DNA of 63,432 bases, filler included, from an uncultured bacterium (GTDB lineage: Bacteria > CAYJRR01), in the NCBI GenBank assembly GCA_964372275.1. It is 4 parts of 4 records of this genome, joined end to end, with 100 filler letters (N's around TTAATTAATTAA, not from the genome) between each part and the next. Parts side by side here need not be neighbours in the genome. Positions count along the whole stretch, not along the records: positions 16,090 to 31,908 come from CAYJRR010000105.1; positions 32,009 to 47,761 come from CAYJRR010000106.1; 2 more parts are not named here. One strand, written 5' to 3'. The translations under genes and the position numbers were made by a program. Under the pieces are notes generated by a model that saw only the letters and a program-made list of their open reading frames with translations, was not told the origin of the DNA and did not search any database. Within the stretch, counting starts at the first letter, position 1. Each line of letters opens with the position of its first letter. Shown here one piece after another: positions 22,001-32,745 of this stretch.

Positions 22001-24706
22001 CCACGTGCTTCCGCTTCGGGTGAAGACGTAGACCGCACCCGACTGGCCCAACAGGTTGTTCGTCTGGTTCCCGTCGATCCCCGACGCGTTCGACGACTCG
22101 TAGGGGGCGGCCACCGCGACGGTATCGCCGGAGGCCGCGACCTCGATCCCGAAGTAGTCGCCCGCTTCGGTATTCGACGCCTTCAGGTACGCCTGCTGGC
22201 TCCATTCGGTCCCGCTCCGCACGAAGACGTAGGCGGCACCGGCGCCGTTGGCGGAGTCGTTTGCCGCATCGCCGTTCACTCCCGTCGCGTTCGAGTCTTC
22301 GGCGAAGGCGCCGACGACGACGGTGTCGCCCGAAACCGAAACCGCCTCGCCGAACTGATCGAACGACGCCGGATTGGAGGCCTTCAGGTAGGCCTGCTGG
22401 CTCCACGTGGTTCCGCTGCGGACGAAGACGTAGACGGCACCGGCGCCGGAGACCGATTCGTCGTTCTGGAGACCGTTCACGCCGGTGCTGCCGGAATCCT
22501 CGTACGGGGCACCGACGGCGATCGTGTCTCCCGAGATCGAGACCGTCCGTCCGAATTCGTCGTTGCTCCCCGTGTTCGAGGCCTTGAGATAGGCCTGCTG
22601 AGACCACACGCCGCCGCTGCGGACGAACACGTACACCGCTCCGGCGTTGCTCGCCGACTCGTTCGAGGTGCCGTCGACCCCCGTCGCGCTCGAATCCTCG
22701 AACGGAGCCCCCACCACCAACGTGTCGCCCGAAACGGCGACGCTCCACCCGAAACAGTCTCCGCTCCCGGTATTGGATGCCTTCGCGTAGATCGGCGGCG
22801 CGGGGGCGTTGAACGTCAATGCGCCCGCCTCCGGATCGGTCCCCGTCAGCGTGATCCCGACGGCGGCGTCTTCGAGCGTCGTCACCGACTGCGCGTTCGC
22901 CGTCGGCGCCGCGTTCGCCGCGACGGTGAGCGAGACCGTCGCTGCCGCAGAGTAGAGTCCTCCGGAGTCCTTCACCCGGAACTGGAAGCTGTCCGCTCCG
23001 AGGTAGCCGGTATCCGGCGTGTACGTCAGGTTCGGCACGGCACCGCTGATCGTGCCCCGCGTCGGCGCCTCTCGAAGGGCGTAGGCCGCGCCGCTGTTTC
23101 CGAACGAAACGTTGTCGCCCTGGCTGCCATTCAGACCCGTCGCGTCGGAATCCTCGTACTCCGCGCCCACGACGAACGTGTCGCCCGACGCGGCGACAGC
23201 CCTTCCGAAACGGTCGCCGGCGCCGGTATTGCTGGCCTTCACGTAGCCGAGCAGACTCCAGGAGCTGCCCGACCGGACGAACCGATACGCCGCGCCGCTA
23301 TCGCCCGCGCTCTCGTCCGCTTCGTCCCCGTTCAGGCCGGTGGCTATCGAATCCTCCTCGTAGGCGCCGACAATCAGGCGATCGCCGGAGATCGCGACGG
23401 CCCAGCCGAACCGATCCTCGGCCGTCGTGTTCGACGGCTTCAGGTATGCCTGCTGGCTCCAGGTGCTGCCGGAGCGCGTGAAGACGTAGGCGGCGCCGCT
23501 GGCCGACGCCGTGTCGTCGGCTTCGTTGCCATTTACGCCCGTGGCGCTCGAGTCCTCCCCATAGGCTCCGACCACAACCGTATCGCCTGAAACGGCGACG
23601 GTCCCGAATAGATCGTTCGCACCGGTATTCGAAGCCTTTAGGAACGCCTGCTGGCTCCAAACAGTGCCGCTTCGGGTGAAGACGTAGGCGGCGCCGCTCG
23701 CGAAAGCGGCTTCGTTCGAGGCGCCGTCGACCCCGGTTGTGCTCGACGATTCCCTGAGCGCGCCGACCACGATCGTGTCGGCCGAGATCGCGACGCTCTC
23801 GCCGAACCGATCCCCCGACCCGGTGTTCGACGCCTTGAGGTAGGCCTGTTGGCTCCAGGTGCTACCGCTCCGCGTGAAGACATAGGCGGCGCCGGCGTCG
23901 GCCGCCCCCTCGTCAGCCTGGTTCCCTCCGACTCCGGTTGCGCTGGAGTCCTCGGTGTAGGCGCCGACCACGGCCGTGTCGCCGGAGATCGCGACGCTGA
24001 TCCCAAACAGATCGTCCGCCGCGGTGTTGGAAGCCTTGAGGTAGGCCTGTTGGCTCCAGGTCGTTCCGCTCCGGACGAAGACGTAGGCGGCGCCGCTCAT
24101 CGATGCGGAGTTGTCGGCCTGGTTCCCGTTCACGCCGGTGGCGTTCGAATCCTCGCCATAGGCGCCGACGACGATCGTGTCTCCGGAAACGGCGACGCTG
24201 TGGCCGAAGTAGTCGACCGCTCCGGTGTTCGACGCCTTGAGGTAGGCCTGCTGCGTCCACGTATCGCCGCTCCGTACGAATACGTAGACGGCGCCCGCCG
24301 CCGCGGCGCTGTTGTCGGCCTGATTCCCATCGACGCCGGTGGCGTTCGACGCCTCGCTCTTGGCGCCCACGACCATCGTATCGCCGTCGATCGCTACGCT
24401 GACGCCGAACAGGTCGCTGGCCGCGGTGTTCGATGCCTTGACGTAGTCGACCACCGTTGGATTCACCCGCTCGTAGGTGAGCAGATCGCCGTCGGGATCG
24501 CTGCCCGAGAGGACGATCGAACGCGGGCTGTCGACTTTGACCGCGACCGATTGCGCATTCGCAGTCGGGGCGGAGTTCACCGCTTGGCGGAACGTGCCGA
24601 TCGACGGAGGCGCCTCCCGAACGCGATCGCATCCGATCGCGCCGGCGATCGCCCCGGCGAGCACGAGCGAAAGTCGCGAAAAACGCGCGTAGCGGCGCGA
24701 CCGCAC
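16090..24706 (-). CDS. Giant predicted lipoprotein adhesin: four FG-GAP propellers plus cadherin-like/tandem-95 Ig repeats; 3' truncated
   Basis: GGAGGAG RBS before GTG 24706; AIGC lipobox; many YLKASN..D.FG.SVAISGDT.VVGA..ED..GAAYVF repeats and NDAP..ED..LTYTP..G.DSF repeats. Confidence 0.88.
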
Positions 24707-24972
24707 GAGCAAATCTCCTCCCGATGGCTCGCAACGACCGACGCACGGCGTCGACCGGAGATGCCTGCGGTTCCCACTCCCGCGGCACAACAAGATCGTA
24801 ACCCTTCGAAATCAATGCGGATATGTGCGCTTCAGACGCGATCCGCCGACAGACCTGTCACACCGGAACTGCGAAAAGTGCCTGGAATTCGCTGCGATCC
24901 GAATGCGCCACGATGGCGCGCAGATCACGGGCGCAGCACCACCGATTCCGTGGCTTGGCCGGATCGAAGCGG

Positions 24973-27900
24973 TCAGCGTGGAGCGGCGGAGCGACGCAGG
25001 CGACGGAACGTCAGCAGCGCTGCAAGTACGGCGATTGGCCATGCCGACGTCGACCACGCTCCGCGAACCGGTACTGTCGCGACGCGACAACCGAAGCCGC
25101 CCTCCGAGGCACGGCCGAGTCCCGGAGCGTCCCCTGCAGCGGAGGTGTCGACCGCGAACGCTTCCGGGTCCGACCACGGGCCGGCGACGCCACGCGCGTC
25201 GACGACGCGCGCCGACCAGGTGTAGTCGCCGTCGGCGAGCTGGTGATCGCGGAGGTCGAAGGTGGTGCGCCCCTCCCCTTCCTCGATCGCCGGGCTTTCC
25301 GCCATCACCGGCCGGTCGTCGACGACGGCGCGAACGACGAACTCGTAGCGGCGCCCGTCCATGCGCTCGCGGCCGCCGCGCCAGCGCTTGTCGGCGGCGG
25401 CGCGCGCGTTCTCGACCACCAGGATCGGCGCCGCGGTGTCGACCGTGGTGCCGCCGATCGGTTCGATCGGGATCGGCGCTTCGCCGAGGAGGCCGGGGAA
25501 GAGCGCGGTTCTCCGCGACGGGTCGAGACCGGCCACCGTCCACGGATCACGGCCGGAGCTGCCGGTCATCGGCGCCGTCACGTTGATCGTCACCGTGGCC
25601 GCCGCCGAGTCGACGGTGCCGTCGTTCACCTTGAAGGTGAAGCTGTCCATCCCCACGTAGCTCAGGTTGGGGGCGTACTCGACCGTCGGGATCAGCGCGG
25701 TGTTCAGCGTCCCGTTCGCCGGCGGCATGACGATCATGAAGGTCAGCGAATCGCCGTCGACGTCCGAACCGGTGAGGGTGATCGTCTTGGGCGTGTCCTG
25801 CGTGGTCGAGGTCGTCTGGGCGTCGGCCACAGGCTGATCGTTCACCGGGGTCAGGGTGATGGTGAAGCTCTGCGGGGATCCCGTGTCGACCCCGCCGTTG
25901 GCCGTGCCGCCGTCATCCTGGATCCGTGCCGTCACCGTGACCGTGCCGTTGGCGTTCGCCGCCGGGGTGTAGGTGAGCGTGCCGTCGGCGGCGACCGCCG
26001 GCTGCACGGAGAACTTCGCGTTGTCACCGTTGGTCACGACAAAGCCGGTGATCGACTGACCCGACTCGTCCGCCGGTCCCGTCGAGAAGGAGCCCGCCCA
26101 GCCGGCGACGGTCTGCGCCCCGGCGTCCTCGGCCACCGTCTGATTCGCCCCGGCGACGAAGCTCGGCGCGTCGTTCACCGGCATCACGTTCACCGTCACC
26201 GTCGCCTCCGCGCTCGTGAGCGACCCGTCGTTCGCGGTGAAGGTGAGCGTGTCGGTGCCGTTCTGGTCGGCGTTCGAGGTGTAGGTGCGGCTCGCGCCGC
26301 TTCCGGTGAGGACCCCGAGCGCCGGGTTGTTGACCACGGCGTAGGTCAGCGGATCGCCGTCGACGTCGGTGCCGGCGAGGGTGATCGCCTTGGCCTGGTC
26401 CTCGTAGGCGGTGACCGTCTGCGGCGTCGCCACCGGCGCGTCGTTGACCGGGTTGATCGTGATCGAGACCGTCGCCACCGCGGAGTCGTCCATCCCGTCG
26501 TTCACCTTGAAGGTGAAGCTGTCGGCGCCGTTCAGGTTCGCGTAGGGCGTGAACGTCAGGTTCGGCATCGTGCCCGACAGCGCCCCTTTGGTCGGCGACG
26601 AGACGAGGGTGAAGGTGACCGCGCTCCCCTCCACCGGGTCGGAACCGCCGAGAGTGATCGCCGCGGCGGTGTCTTCGTCGGTCGTGACCGTCTGGCTGTC
26701 CGCGACCGGCGGGTCGTTCACCGCCGTCACGTTCACCGTGACCGTGGCGGGAGCGGAGGTGAGCGATCCGTCGAAGGCGGTGAAAGTGAAGGTGTCGGTC
26801 CCGTTCCAGTTGGCGTTCGGGGTGTAGGTGCGGCTCGCGCCGGTTCCCGAGAGCGAGCCGTTCGCGGGGGCGGTGTCGACGGCGTAGGTCAGTGGATCCC
26901 CGTCGATGTCGGTTCCCGCGAGCGTGATCACCAACGCGAAGTCTTCGGTCGTGGTGACGGTCTGCGGCGTCGCCACCGGGGCGTCGTTGACGCCGGTGAT
27001 CGTGATCGACACCGTCCCCTCGTCGTAGGCGAGCAGGTTGTCGCGGACGCGGAAGACGAAGCTGTCGGCTCCGACGGCGTCGGCGTTCGGCGTATAGGTC
27101 AGGTTCGGCGCTGTCCCGGTCAGGACGCCCTGGGTCGGACCGGTGACGATGGAGAAGGTGACCGGCGAGCCTTCCACCGGATCGGAACCGGTGAGCGTGA
27201 TCGCGATCGGCGTCTCCTCCGCCGTGCTCACCGACTGGTCGCCCGCGACCGGCGGGTCGTTGACGGCGTTCACCGTGATCGACACCGTCGCCACGGCCGA
27301 ATCGAGCGACCCGTCGTTCGCCTTGTAGGTGAAGCTGTCCGGCCCGTTGTAGTTCGCCGCCGGGGTGTAGGTCATCAGCGGCGGCGTGCCGGTCAGCGTT
27401 CCGTTTGCAGGCGGAGCGACCACGGCGAAGGTGAGCGCGCTCCCCTCGACGTCGGTTCCGGTCAGGGCGATGACCTTCGCCGTGTCCTCGTCCGTGGAAC
27501 TGGTCTTGGAGTAGGCCGTCGGGGCGTCGTTCACCGCGGTGATCGTGATCGAGATCGTCGCGGTGGTGGCGATCGCCCCGTCGCTCACCCGGAAGTTGAA
27601 GGCGTCGTTCCCGTTGGCGTTGGGGCTCGGCGTGTAGGTGAGGTTCGGCGCCGTACCCGAAAGCGTTCCCTTGGACGGGTTCGAGGCGATCGAGTAGGTC
27701 ACCGCGCCGCCGTCGGCGGCGTCGTTCCCGGTGAGCGTGATGGCAAGCGCCGTGTCCTCCGGCGTGGTGACCGACTGCGCGTTCGCCACCGGCGCGTCGT
27801 TCACACCCGAGATCGACAGGCTGACGGTGGAGACGTTCGAGTCGACCGTCCCGTCGTTCACCTTGAAGGTGAAGCTGTCGGCTCCGTTGAAGTTCGCGTT

Positions 27901-30900
27901 GGGGGTGTAGGTCAGGTTGGGCGCCGCGCCGCTCAGCGTGCCGTTGGCCGCGGTGCCGACGACGACGTAGGTCAGCGCGTCGCCGTCGACGTCGATCGCC
28001 GGAAGGGTGAACGCCTTCGGCGTGTCCTCCACGACCGAGACCGACAGGTTGCTCGTGGTCGGCGCCTCCTGGACGGCGGCGATGGTGATCGAGATCGTCG
28101 CCGTGTTGGAGTAGGCGAGTCCATCGCGGACGCGGAAGGAGAAGCTGTCGGTACCGAAGAAGTCGTCGTTCGGCCGGTAGCTCACGTTCGGCATCGTCCC
28201 GAGGAGGGTGCCCTTGGTCGGCGCGGCGACCAGGTGGAACGTCACCGGACTCAGGTCGGGATCGGAGCCGGTCAGGACGATCGGAAGCAGCGTGTCCTCG
28301 GTTCCGTTGAGCGTCTGGCCGTCGGCGACCGGCGCGTCGTTCACCTGTACGATCGTGATCGAGACCGTCTTGGTGTCGGAGTCGATCGAACCGTCGTTGA
28401 CCTTGTAGGTGAAGCTGTCCGATCCGTAGGCATCGCCGTTGGGCGTGAAGGTGAAGGTCGGCCAGGCGCCGCCAATCGTCCCCTTGGTGGGGGCCGCCAC
28501 CAGACCGAAGGTCAATGGATCGCCGTCGACGTCGGAGGCGACCAGGGTGAAGGTCTTCGGCGTGTCCTCGTTGGTCGAGACGGACGCCGCGTTCGCGACG
28601 GGCACGTCGTTGACCGGATCGACGGTGATCGAGATCGTCGCGATCGCCGAATAGGCGCCGAAGCCGCTGTTGTCGCGGCTGCGGAAGGTGAAGCTGTCGG
28701 CGCCGTTGAAGTTGGCCTTCGGCGTGTAGGTGACCGACGCGCCGACCCGGCTGATCGTGCCGTTCGCCGGACCGGCGACGGTGTAGAAGTAGACGGGCGT
28801 CCCCTCGACCGGGTCGCCTCCGGTGAGCGTGATCGCCAGCGGGCTGTCCTCGTTCGTCGAGAGGGTCTGGTCGTCGGCGACTGGCGGATCGTTCACCGCG
28901 GAGATGTAGACGGCGACAGTGACCACGCCCGAGTCGGACGTCCCGTCGTTCACCTTGAAGGTGAAGCTGTCGGACCCGTTCTGGTTCGGATCGGGAACGT
29001 AGGTCCGGTTGGCGCCGGCGCCGCCCACCGTGCCCTTCGTCGGCGGATCGACGATGACGTAGGTCAGCGGGTCGCCGTCCGGGTCGGAGCCCTGCAAGGT
29101 GATCGCCTTGGAGGCGTCCTCGGCGGTGGTGAGCGAGCCACCGGTCGCCGTCGGCGGATCGGGCAACGGATTGACCGTGACGGTCACCGTCGCGACGTCC
29201 GAGTAGCCGCCGTTCGCGTCCCGCGCCTTGTAGGTGAAGGTGTCGGTTCCGAAGAAGTTCGCATTAGGCTTGTAGGAGATCGCCGGGCGGCTTCCGACCA
29301 GCGTCCCGTTGGCGGGGTTGGCGACGATGTGGAAGCTGATCGCCCCCTCCGTGTCCGATCCCGTGAGGAGGGTCGGGACGGTGACGTCCTCGTCGGTGGT
29401 GAAGGAGAGGTCGTCGGCCGTCGGCAGGTCGTTCACCGAGGTCACGCCGATCGAGACGGTCGCCGCCACCGACCACGCTCCGCCGCCATCGCCCACACGG
29501 AAGGTGAACGAGTCGGACCCGAAGTAGTCGGGGTTCGGTGTGTAGGTCAGGTTGGGCGCGGCCCCGGCCAACGCCCCCTTGGTCGGCATGCTGACGACCT
29601 GGAAGACCGGAGCGGCGCCCGAGATGTCGGAACCGACCAGCGTGATCGCCTTGGCGGTGTCTTCGGCCGTCGTCACCGACTGCGGACTGGCCACCAGAAC
29701 GGTGTCGTCGACGGGGTTGACGGTGATCGTCACCGTCGCCGGATCGGAATAGAGCGAGCCGTCCCGCACCCTGAAAGTGAACGAATCGGTTCCGTTGAAG
29801 TTCAATCCGGGAGTGTAGGTCCGGGTCGCCCCCGTCCCCGTCAGCGTACCCTTGGACGGAGGCGTGACGTTGTAGTAGGTGAGCGCCGTCCCTTCCACGT
29901 CGGTGCCCGACAGGGTGATCGTGAGGGCGGTGTCCTCGTCGGTCGACACCCCCTGAGCCGTCGCGGTCGGCGCGTCGTTCACCGCGGTGATGTTGATCGT
30001 CACCGTCTTCGGATCGGAGGTCAGCGTGCCGTCGTTCGCGGTGAAGACCAGCGAGTCCGGACCGGTGGCGTTGGCGTTCGGCGTGTAGGTGATCGCCGGC
30101 AGCGTTCCGCTCCAGGAGCCCTTCGTCGGGCCGGTCGTCACCGTGTAGAAGATCGGATCGGACTCGGCGTCGGTCGCCGAAAGGGTGATCGCCTTCGCCG
30201 TGTCCTCGGCGGTGGTCACCGTCTGCGCGGCCGCGATCGGCGCGTCGTTGAGCGCGTTGATGGTGACCGTCGCGGAGACGGTGTTCGAGTAGCGCGAGCC
30301 GTCCCGGATCCGGTAGGTGAAGGTGTCGACGCCGCTGACGTTCAGCTTCGGCTTGTAGGTCAGGGCGGTGCCGGAGCCGGAGATGGTGCCGAGCGTCGGG
30401 CGGACCGGGAAGTAGACGGCCACGGCCCCGCCTTCGACGTCGGTGTAGGAGACGACGAACGGCACGGGGACGTCCTCGTCGGTGGTGAACGAGACGGGGT
30501 TCGCCGTCGGCGCGTCGTTCACCGCGCGGATGGCGATCGAGATCGTCGCCACGTTCGAATCGAGCGCCCCGTCGTTCGCCTTGAAGGTGAAGCTGTCGAG
30601 CCCGTTGGCGTTCGCGTTCGGCGTGTAGAGGAACGACGGACCGGTACCGGTGAGGGCCCCCTTGGTCGGCGCCGCGACGACCGCGTAGGTCAGCGGATCC
30701 TTGTCGAAGTCGGTGGCGGTGACGGTGATCGTCCGCGCCACGTCCTCGGTCACGATCCACGACTTGCTGTAGGCGACCGGCGGGTCGTCGTTGACGGCGG
30801 TGACGTTGACCGTGACCACCGCCGTCCCCGAGTACGACGTGCCGTCGTAGACACGGAACCGGAACGAGGTCGTTCCGTACCAGTTCACCGGCGGCGTGTA

Positions 30901-31908
30901 GGTCAGGTTCGGAGCGACGCCGGTCAGCGTCCCCTTCCCCGGATGGGTGTAGAGCGAGAAGGTCACCGGACTGCCGTCGACCGGGTCGGAGCCGGTCAAG
31001 GTGATCGCCACCGCCGTGTCTTCGGGCGTCGTCACCGCCTGGCCGTTCGCCACCGGCAGGTCGTTGACGCCGGTCACCGTCACCGACACCGTCGCGGCGG
31101 CGCTGAAGTCGGTGCCGTCGTGCACGCGATATTGGAAGCTGTCGCTGCCGTTGAAGTTGGCGTTCGGGGTGTAGGTCGCGGTCTTGCCGGACAACGTGAC
31201 GGAGCCCGAAGACGGAGCGGCGGAGACGCTCCAGGTCATGGTGTCGCCGTCGACGTCGGTCCCGGAGAGAGTGATCGCCTTCGCCACGTCTTCGTTGGTC
31301 GAAGCGGTGAGGTCGGCGACGGTCGGCAGGTCGTTGACCGGGGTGACGGTGATCGAGACGGTGGCGACGGTCGAGAACTTGTTGCCGTCGCTCGTCTTGA
31401 AGCTGAAGGCGTCGGCGCCGGCGTAGTTCGCCTGCGGCGTGTAGGTGAGGTTCGGCGCCGAACCGGTGAGGGTCCCCTTGGTCGGGCCGTTCACCAGGAC
31501 GAAGCTGACGGGGCTCCCCTCGGCCGGGTCGGAGCCGGTGAGGACGATCCCGAGCGACGAGTCCTCGACCACGGTCAGCGTCTGCGGATCGGCGACCGGC
31601 GGGTCGTTGACGTCGGTGACGGTGATCGAAATCGTCTTCACCGCGGAGTCGAGCAGCCCGTCGTTGACCTTGAAGGTGAAGCTGTCGCTCCCCGAGAACT
31701 GTGGATTCGGCGTGTAGACCTGGATGGGGAGCGTGCCGCTGAGGGTCCCGTTCGCCGGTCCGGTCACGATCGCAAACGTCAGCGGGTCGCCGTCGACGTC
31801 CGAGCCGGTGAGCGTGATCGATTTGGTCGCGTCCTCGGCGAGCGTCACCGACTGCGCGTTCGCCACCGGCGCGTCGTTCACCGGGTTGACGGTGATGGTG
31901 ATCTTGCC
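24973..31908 (-). CDS. Giant tandem-95/Ig-like repeat surface protein with MYXO-CTERM-like tail; 5' truncated
   Basis: 23 repeats of ~90 aa (VNDxP..TxED..D.DGD.LTY..TYTP..G.DSFTF); ends GGFGC..hydrophobic stretch..RRLRR. Confidence 0.88.
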   Translation of the reverse strand, partial: GKITITVNPVNDAPVANAQSVTLAEDATKSITLTGSDVDGDPLTFAIVTGPANGTLSGTLPIQVYTPNPQFSGSDSFTFKVNDGLLDSAVKTISITVTDVNDPPVADPQTLTVVEDSSLGIVLTGSDPAEGSPVSFVLVNGPTKGTLTGSAPNLTYTPQANYAGADAFSFKTSDGNKFSTVATVSITVTPVNDLPTVADLTASTNEDVAKAITLSGTDVDGDTMTWSVSAAPSSGSVTLSGKTATYTPNANFNGSDSFQYRVHDGTDFSAAATVSVTVTGVNDLPVANGQAVTTPEDTAVAITLTGSDPVDGSPVTFSLYTHPGKGTLTGVAPNLTYTPPVNWYGTTSFRFRVYDGTSYSGTAVVTVNVTAVNDDPPVAYSKSWIVTEDVARTITVTATDFDKDPLTYAVVAAPTKGALTGTGPSFLYTPNANANGLDSFTFKANDGALDSNVATISIAIRAVNDAPTANPVSFTTDEDVPVPFVVSYTDVEGGAVAVYFPVRPTLGTISGSGTALTYKPKLNVSGVDTFTYRIRDGSRYSNTVSATVTINALNDAPIAAAQTVTTAEDTAKAITLSATDAESDPIFYTVTTGPTKGSWSGTLPAITYTPNANATGPDSLVFTANDGTLTSDPKTVTINITAVNDAPTATAQGVSTDEDTALTITLSGTDVEGTALTYYNVTPPSKGTLTGTGATRTYTPGLNFNGTDSFTFRVRDGSLYSDPATVTITVNPVDDTVLVASPQSVTTAEDTAKAITLVGSDISGAAPVFQVVSMPTKGALAGAAPNLTYTPNPDYFGSDSFTFRVGDGGGAWSVAATVSIGVTSVNDLPTADDLSFTTDEDVTVPTLLTGSDTEGAISFHIVANPANGTLVGSRPAISYKPNANFFGTDTFTYKARDANGGYSDVATVTVTVNPLPDPPTATGGSLTTAEDASKAITLQGSDPDGDPLTYVIVDPPTKGTVGGAGANRTYVPDPNQNGSDSFTFKVNDGTSDSGVVTVAVYISAVNDPPVADDQTLSTNEDSPLAITLTGGDPVEGTPVYFYTVAGPANGTISRVGASVTYTPKANFNGADSFTFRSRDNSGFGAYSAIATISITVDPVNDVPVANAASVSTNEDTPKTFTLVASDVDGDPLTFGLVAAPTKGTIGGAWPTFTFTPNGDAYGSDSFTYKVNDGSIDSDTKTVSITIVQVNDAPVADGQTLNGTEDTLLPIVLTGSDPDLSPVTFHLVAAPTKGTLLGTMPNVSYRPNDDFFGTDSFSFRVRDGLAYSNTATISITIAAVQEAPTTSNLSVSVVEDTPKAFTLPAIDVDGDALTYVVVGTAANGTLSGAAPNLTYTPNANFNGADSFTFKVNDGTVDSNVSTVSLSISGVNDAPVANAQSVTTPEDTALAITLTGNDAADGGAVTYSIASNPSKGTLSGTAPNLTYTPSPNANGNDAFNFRVSDGAIATTATISITITAVNDAPTAYSKTSSTDEDTAKVIALTGTDVEGSALTFAVVAPPANGTLTGTPPLMTYTPAANYNGPDSFTYKANDGSLDSAVATVSITVNAVNDPPVAGDQSVSTAEETPIAITLTGSDPVEGSPVTFSIVTGPTQGVLTGTAPNLTYTPNADAVGADSFVFRVRDNLLAYDEGTVSITITGVNDAPVATPQTVTTTEDFALVITLAGTDIDGDPLTYAVDTAPANGSLSGTGASRTYTPNANWNGTDTFTFTAFDGSLTSAPATVTVNVTAVNDPPVADSQTVTTDEDTAAAITLGGSDPVEGSAVTFTLVSSPTKGALSGTMPNLTFTPYANLNGADSFTFKVNDGMDDSAVATVSITINPVNDAPVATPQTVTAYEDQAKAITLAGTDVDGDPLTYAVVNNPALGVLTGSGASRTYTSNADQNGTDTLTFTANDGSLTSAEATVTVNVMPVNDAPSFVAGANQTVAEDAGAQTVAGWAGSFSTGPADESGQSITGFVVTNGDNAKFSVQPAVAADGTLTYTPAANANGTVTVTARIQDDGGTANGGVDTGSPQSFTITLTPVNDQPVADAQTTSTTQDTPKTITLTGSDVDGDSLTFMIVMPPANGTLNTALIPTVEYAPNLSYVGMDSFTFKVNDGTVDSAAATVTINVTAPMTGSSGRDPWTVAGLDPSRRTALFPGLLGEAPIPIEPIGGTTVDTAAPILVVENARAAADKRWRGGRERMDGRRYEFVVRAVVDDRPVMAESPAIEEGEGRTTFDLRDHQLADGDYTWSARVVDARGVAGPWSDPEAFAVDTSAAGDAPGLGRASEGGFGCRVATVPVRGAWSTSAWPIAVLAALLTFRRLRRSAAPR

Positions 31909-32008
31909 NNNNNNNNNNNNNNNNNNNNNNNNNNNNNNNNNNNNNNNNNNNNTTAATTAATTAANNNNNNNNNNNNNNNNNNNNNNNNNNNNNNNNNNNN
32001 NNNNNNNN
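31909..32008. other. Artificial contig linker
   Basis: Same N/TTAATTAATTAA/N structure. Confidence 0.97.
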
Positions 32009-32647
32009 CCCGACGCCGCCGTAGATGAAGAGCGGGTTGTATCGGCGCGCCGGGCTCTCGGCGACGGCGCGCGAGGCGGCGTGTGCGAGCTGGTTCGAGG
32101 AGCCGACGACGAAGTTGTCGAAGGTGTAGCGGTTGTTGAGCGGCTTGTCCTCGAATCGCAGCGTGCCGTCGGCGATCAGCGGCGAGGGTACGCCCGGGCT
32201 GCGCGCCCTCGCCTCGGCGGGAATCGACGCGCTGCGAGGCATGGGATTCGTCCGCGCGTCGTAGCGGCCCGACGCCTGGGCCGGCACCGCGTCGGCGAAC
32301 TCACCTTCCGTCGCGGTAGCGCGCGCGCCCGGGGCTTCGGCGGTCGGCAGCTCGTCGGCGTCGCCGTCCGGGCTCACCTCGAAGGCGATCGACACCCGGC
32401 GCTCCGCGAGCGTCCCGATTTCGTCCGAGAGGAGTCGGAGGAAGTTCTCGCGCACCCACTCCACCGCGTAGCGGTTCGGCGCGAGGAGTCGGATCGTGTC
32501 GTCCTCGATCGCCTTCAGGCGCAGCGGACGAATCCAGGTGTCGAAGTTCTGTCGTGAGACCTTTTCGCGGACGCCCTCGAGGGCCCTCGTCCAGAGATTG
32601 GTGAGCGCTACGTCAAGCCCCTTGCCGTCCGGTCCGCCGTTGCCCAC
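32009..32647 (-). CDS. dnaA: Chromosomal replication initiator DnaA, N-terminal part; 3' truncated, start uncertain
   Basis: FDTWIRPL (domain I), [30 protein letters not shown]; divergent from rpmH. Confidence 0.93.
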
Positions 32648-32672
32648 GGCGCCGCTTCGCTGCGAAGAATGG

Positions 32673-32745
32673 TTGTCCACCGCTGTCCACACCCCGAACC
32701 GAAAGAAACCGAAAGAAAACAAACACTTGTCAAGTACGGCCCACA
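32673..32745. promoter_or_regulatory. DnaA-box-like sites and A-rich tract upstream of dnaA
   Basis: TTGTCCACC (32673) and CTGTCCACA (32683), each one mismatch from TTGTCCACA, followed by gaaagaaaccgaaagaaaacaaac. Confidence 0.55.

Noticed and set aside
16090-31908. CRISPR array or diversity-generating retroelement suggested by recurring DNA motifs
   Set aside because: Repeats are in-frame coding repeats with synonymous variation; no fixed repeat-spacer pattern, cas gene or reverse transcriptase seen.
24823-31956. 2377-aa plus-strand ORF and other long overlapping ORFs (for example 52723-56562, 9791-13156, 7300-9717)
   Set aside because: Antisense or off-frame shadows of high-GC genes; Arg/Gly-rich with no recognisable motifs.
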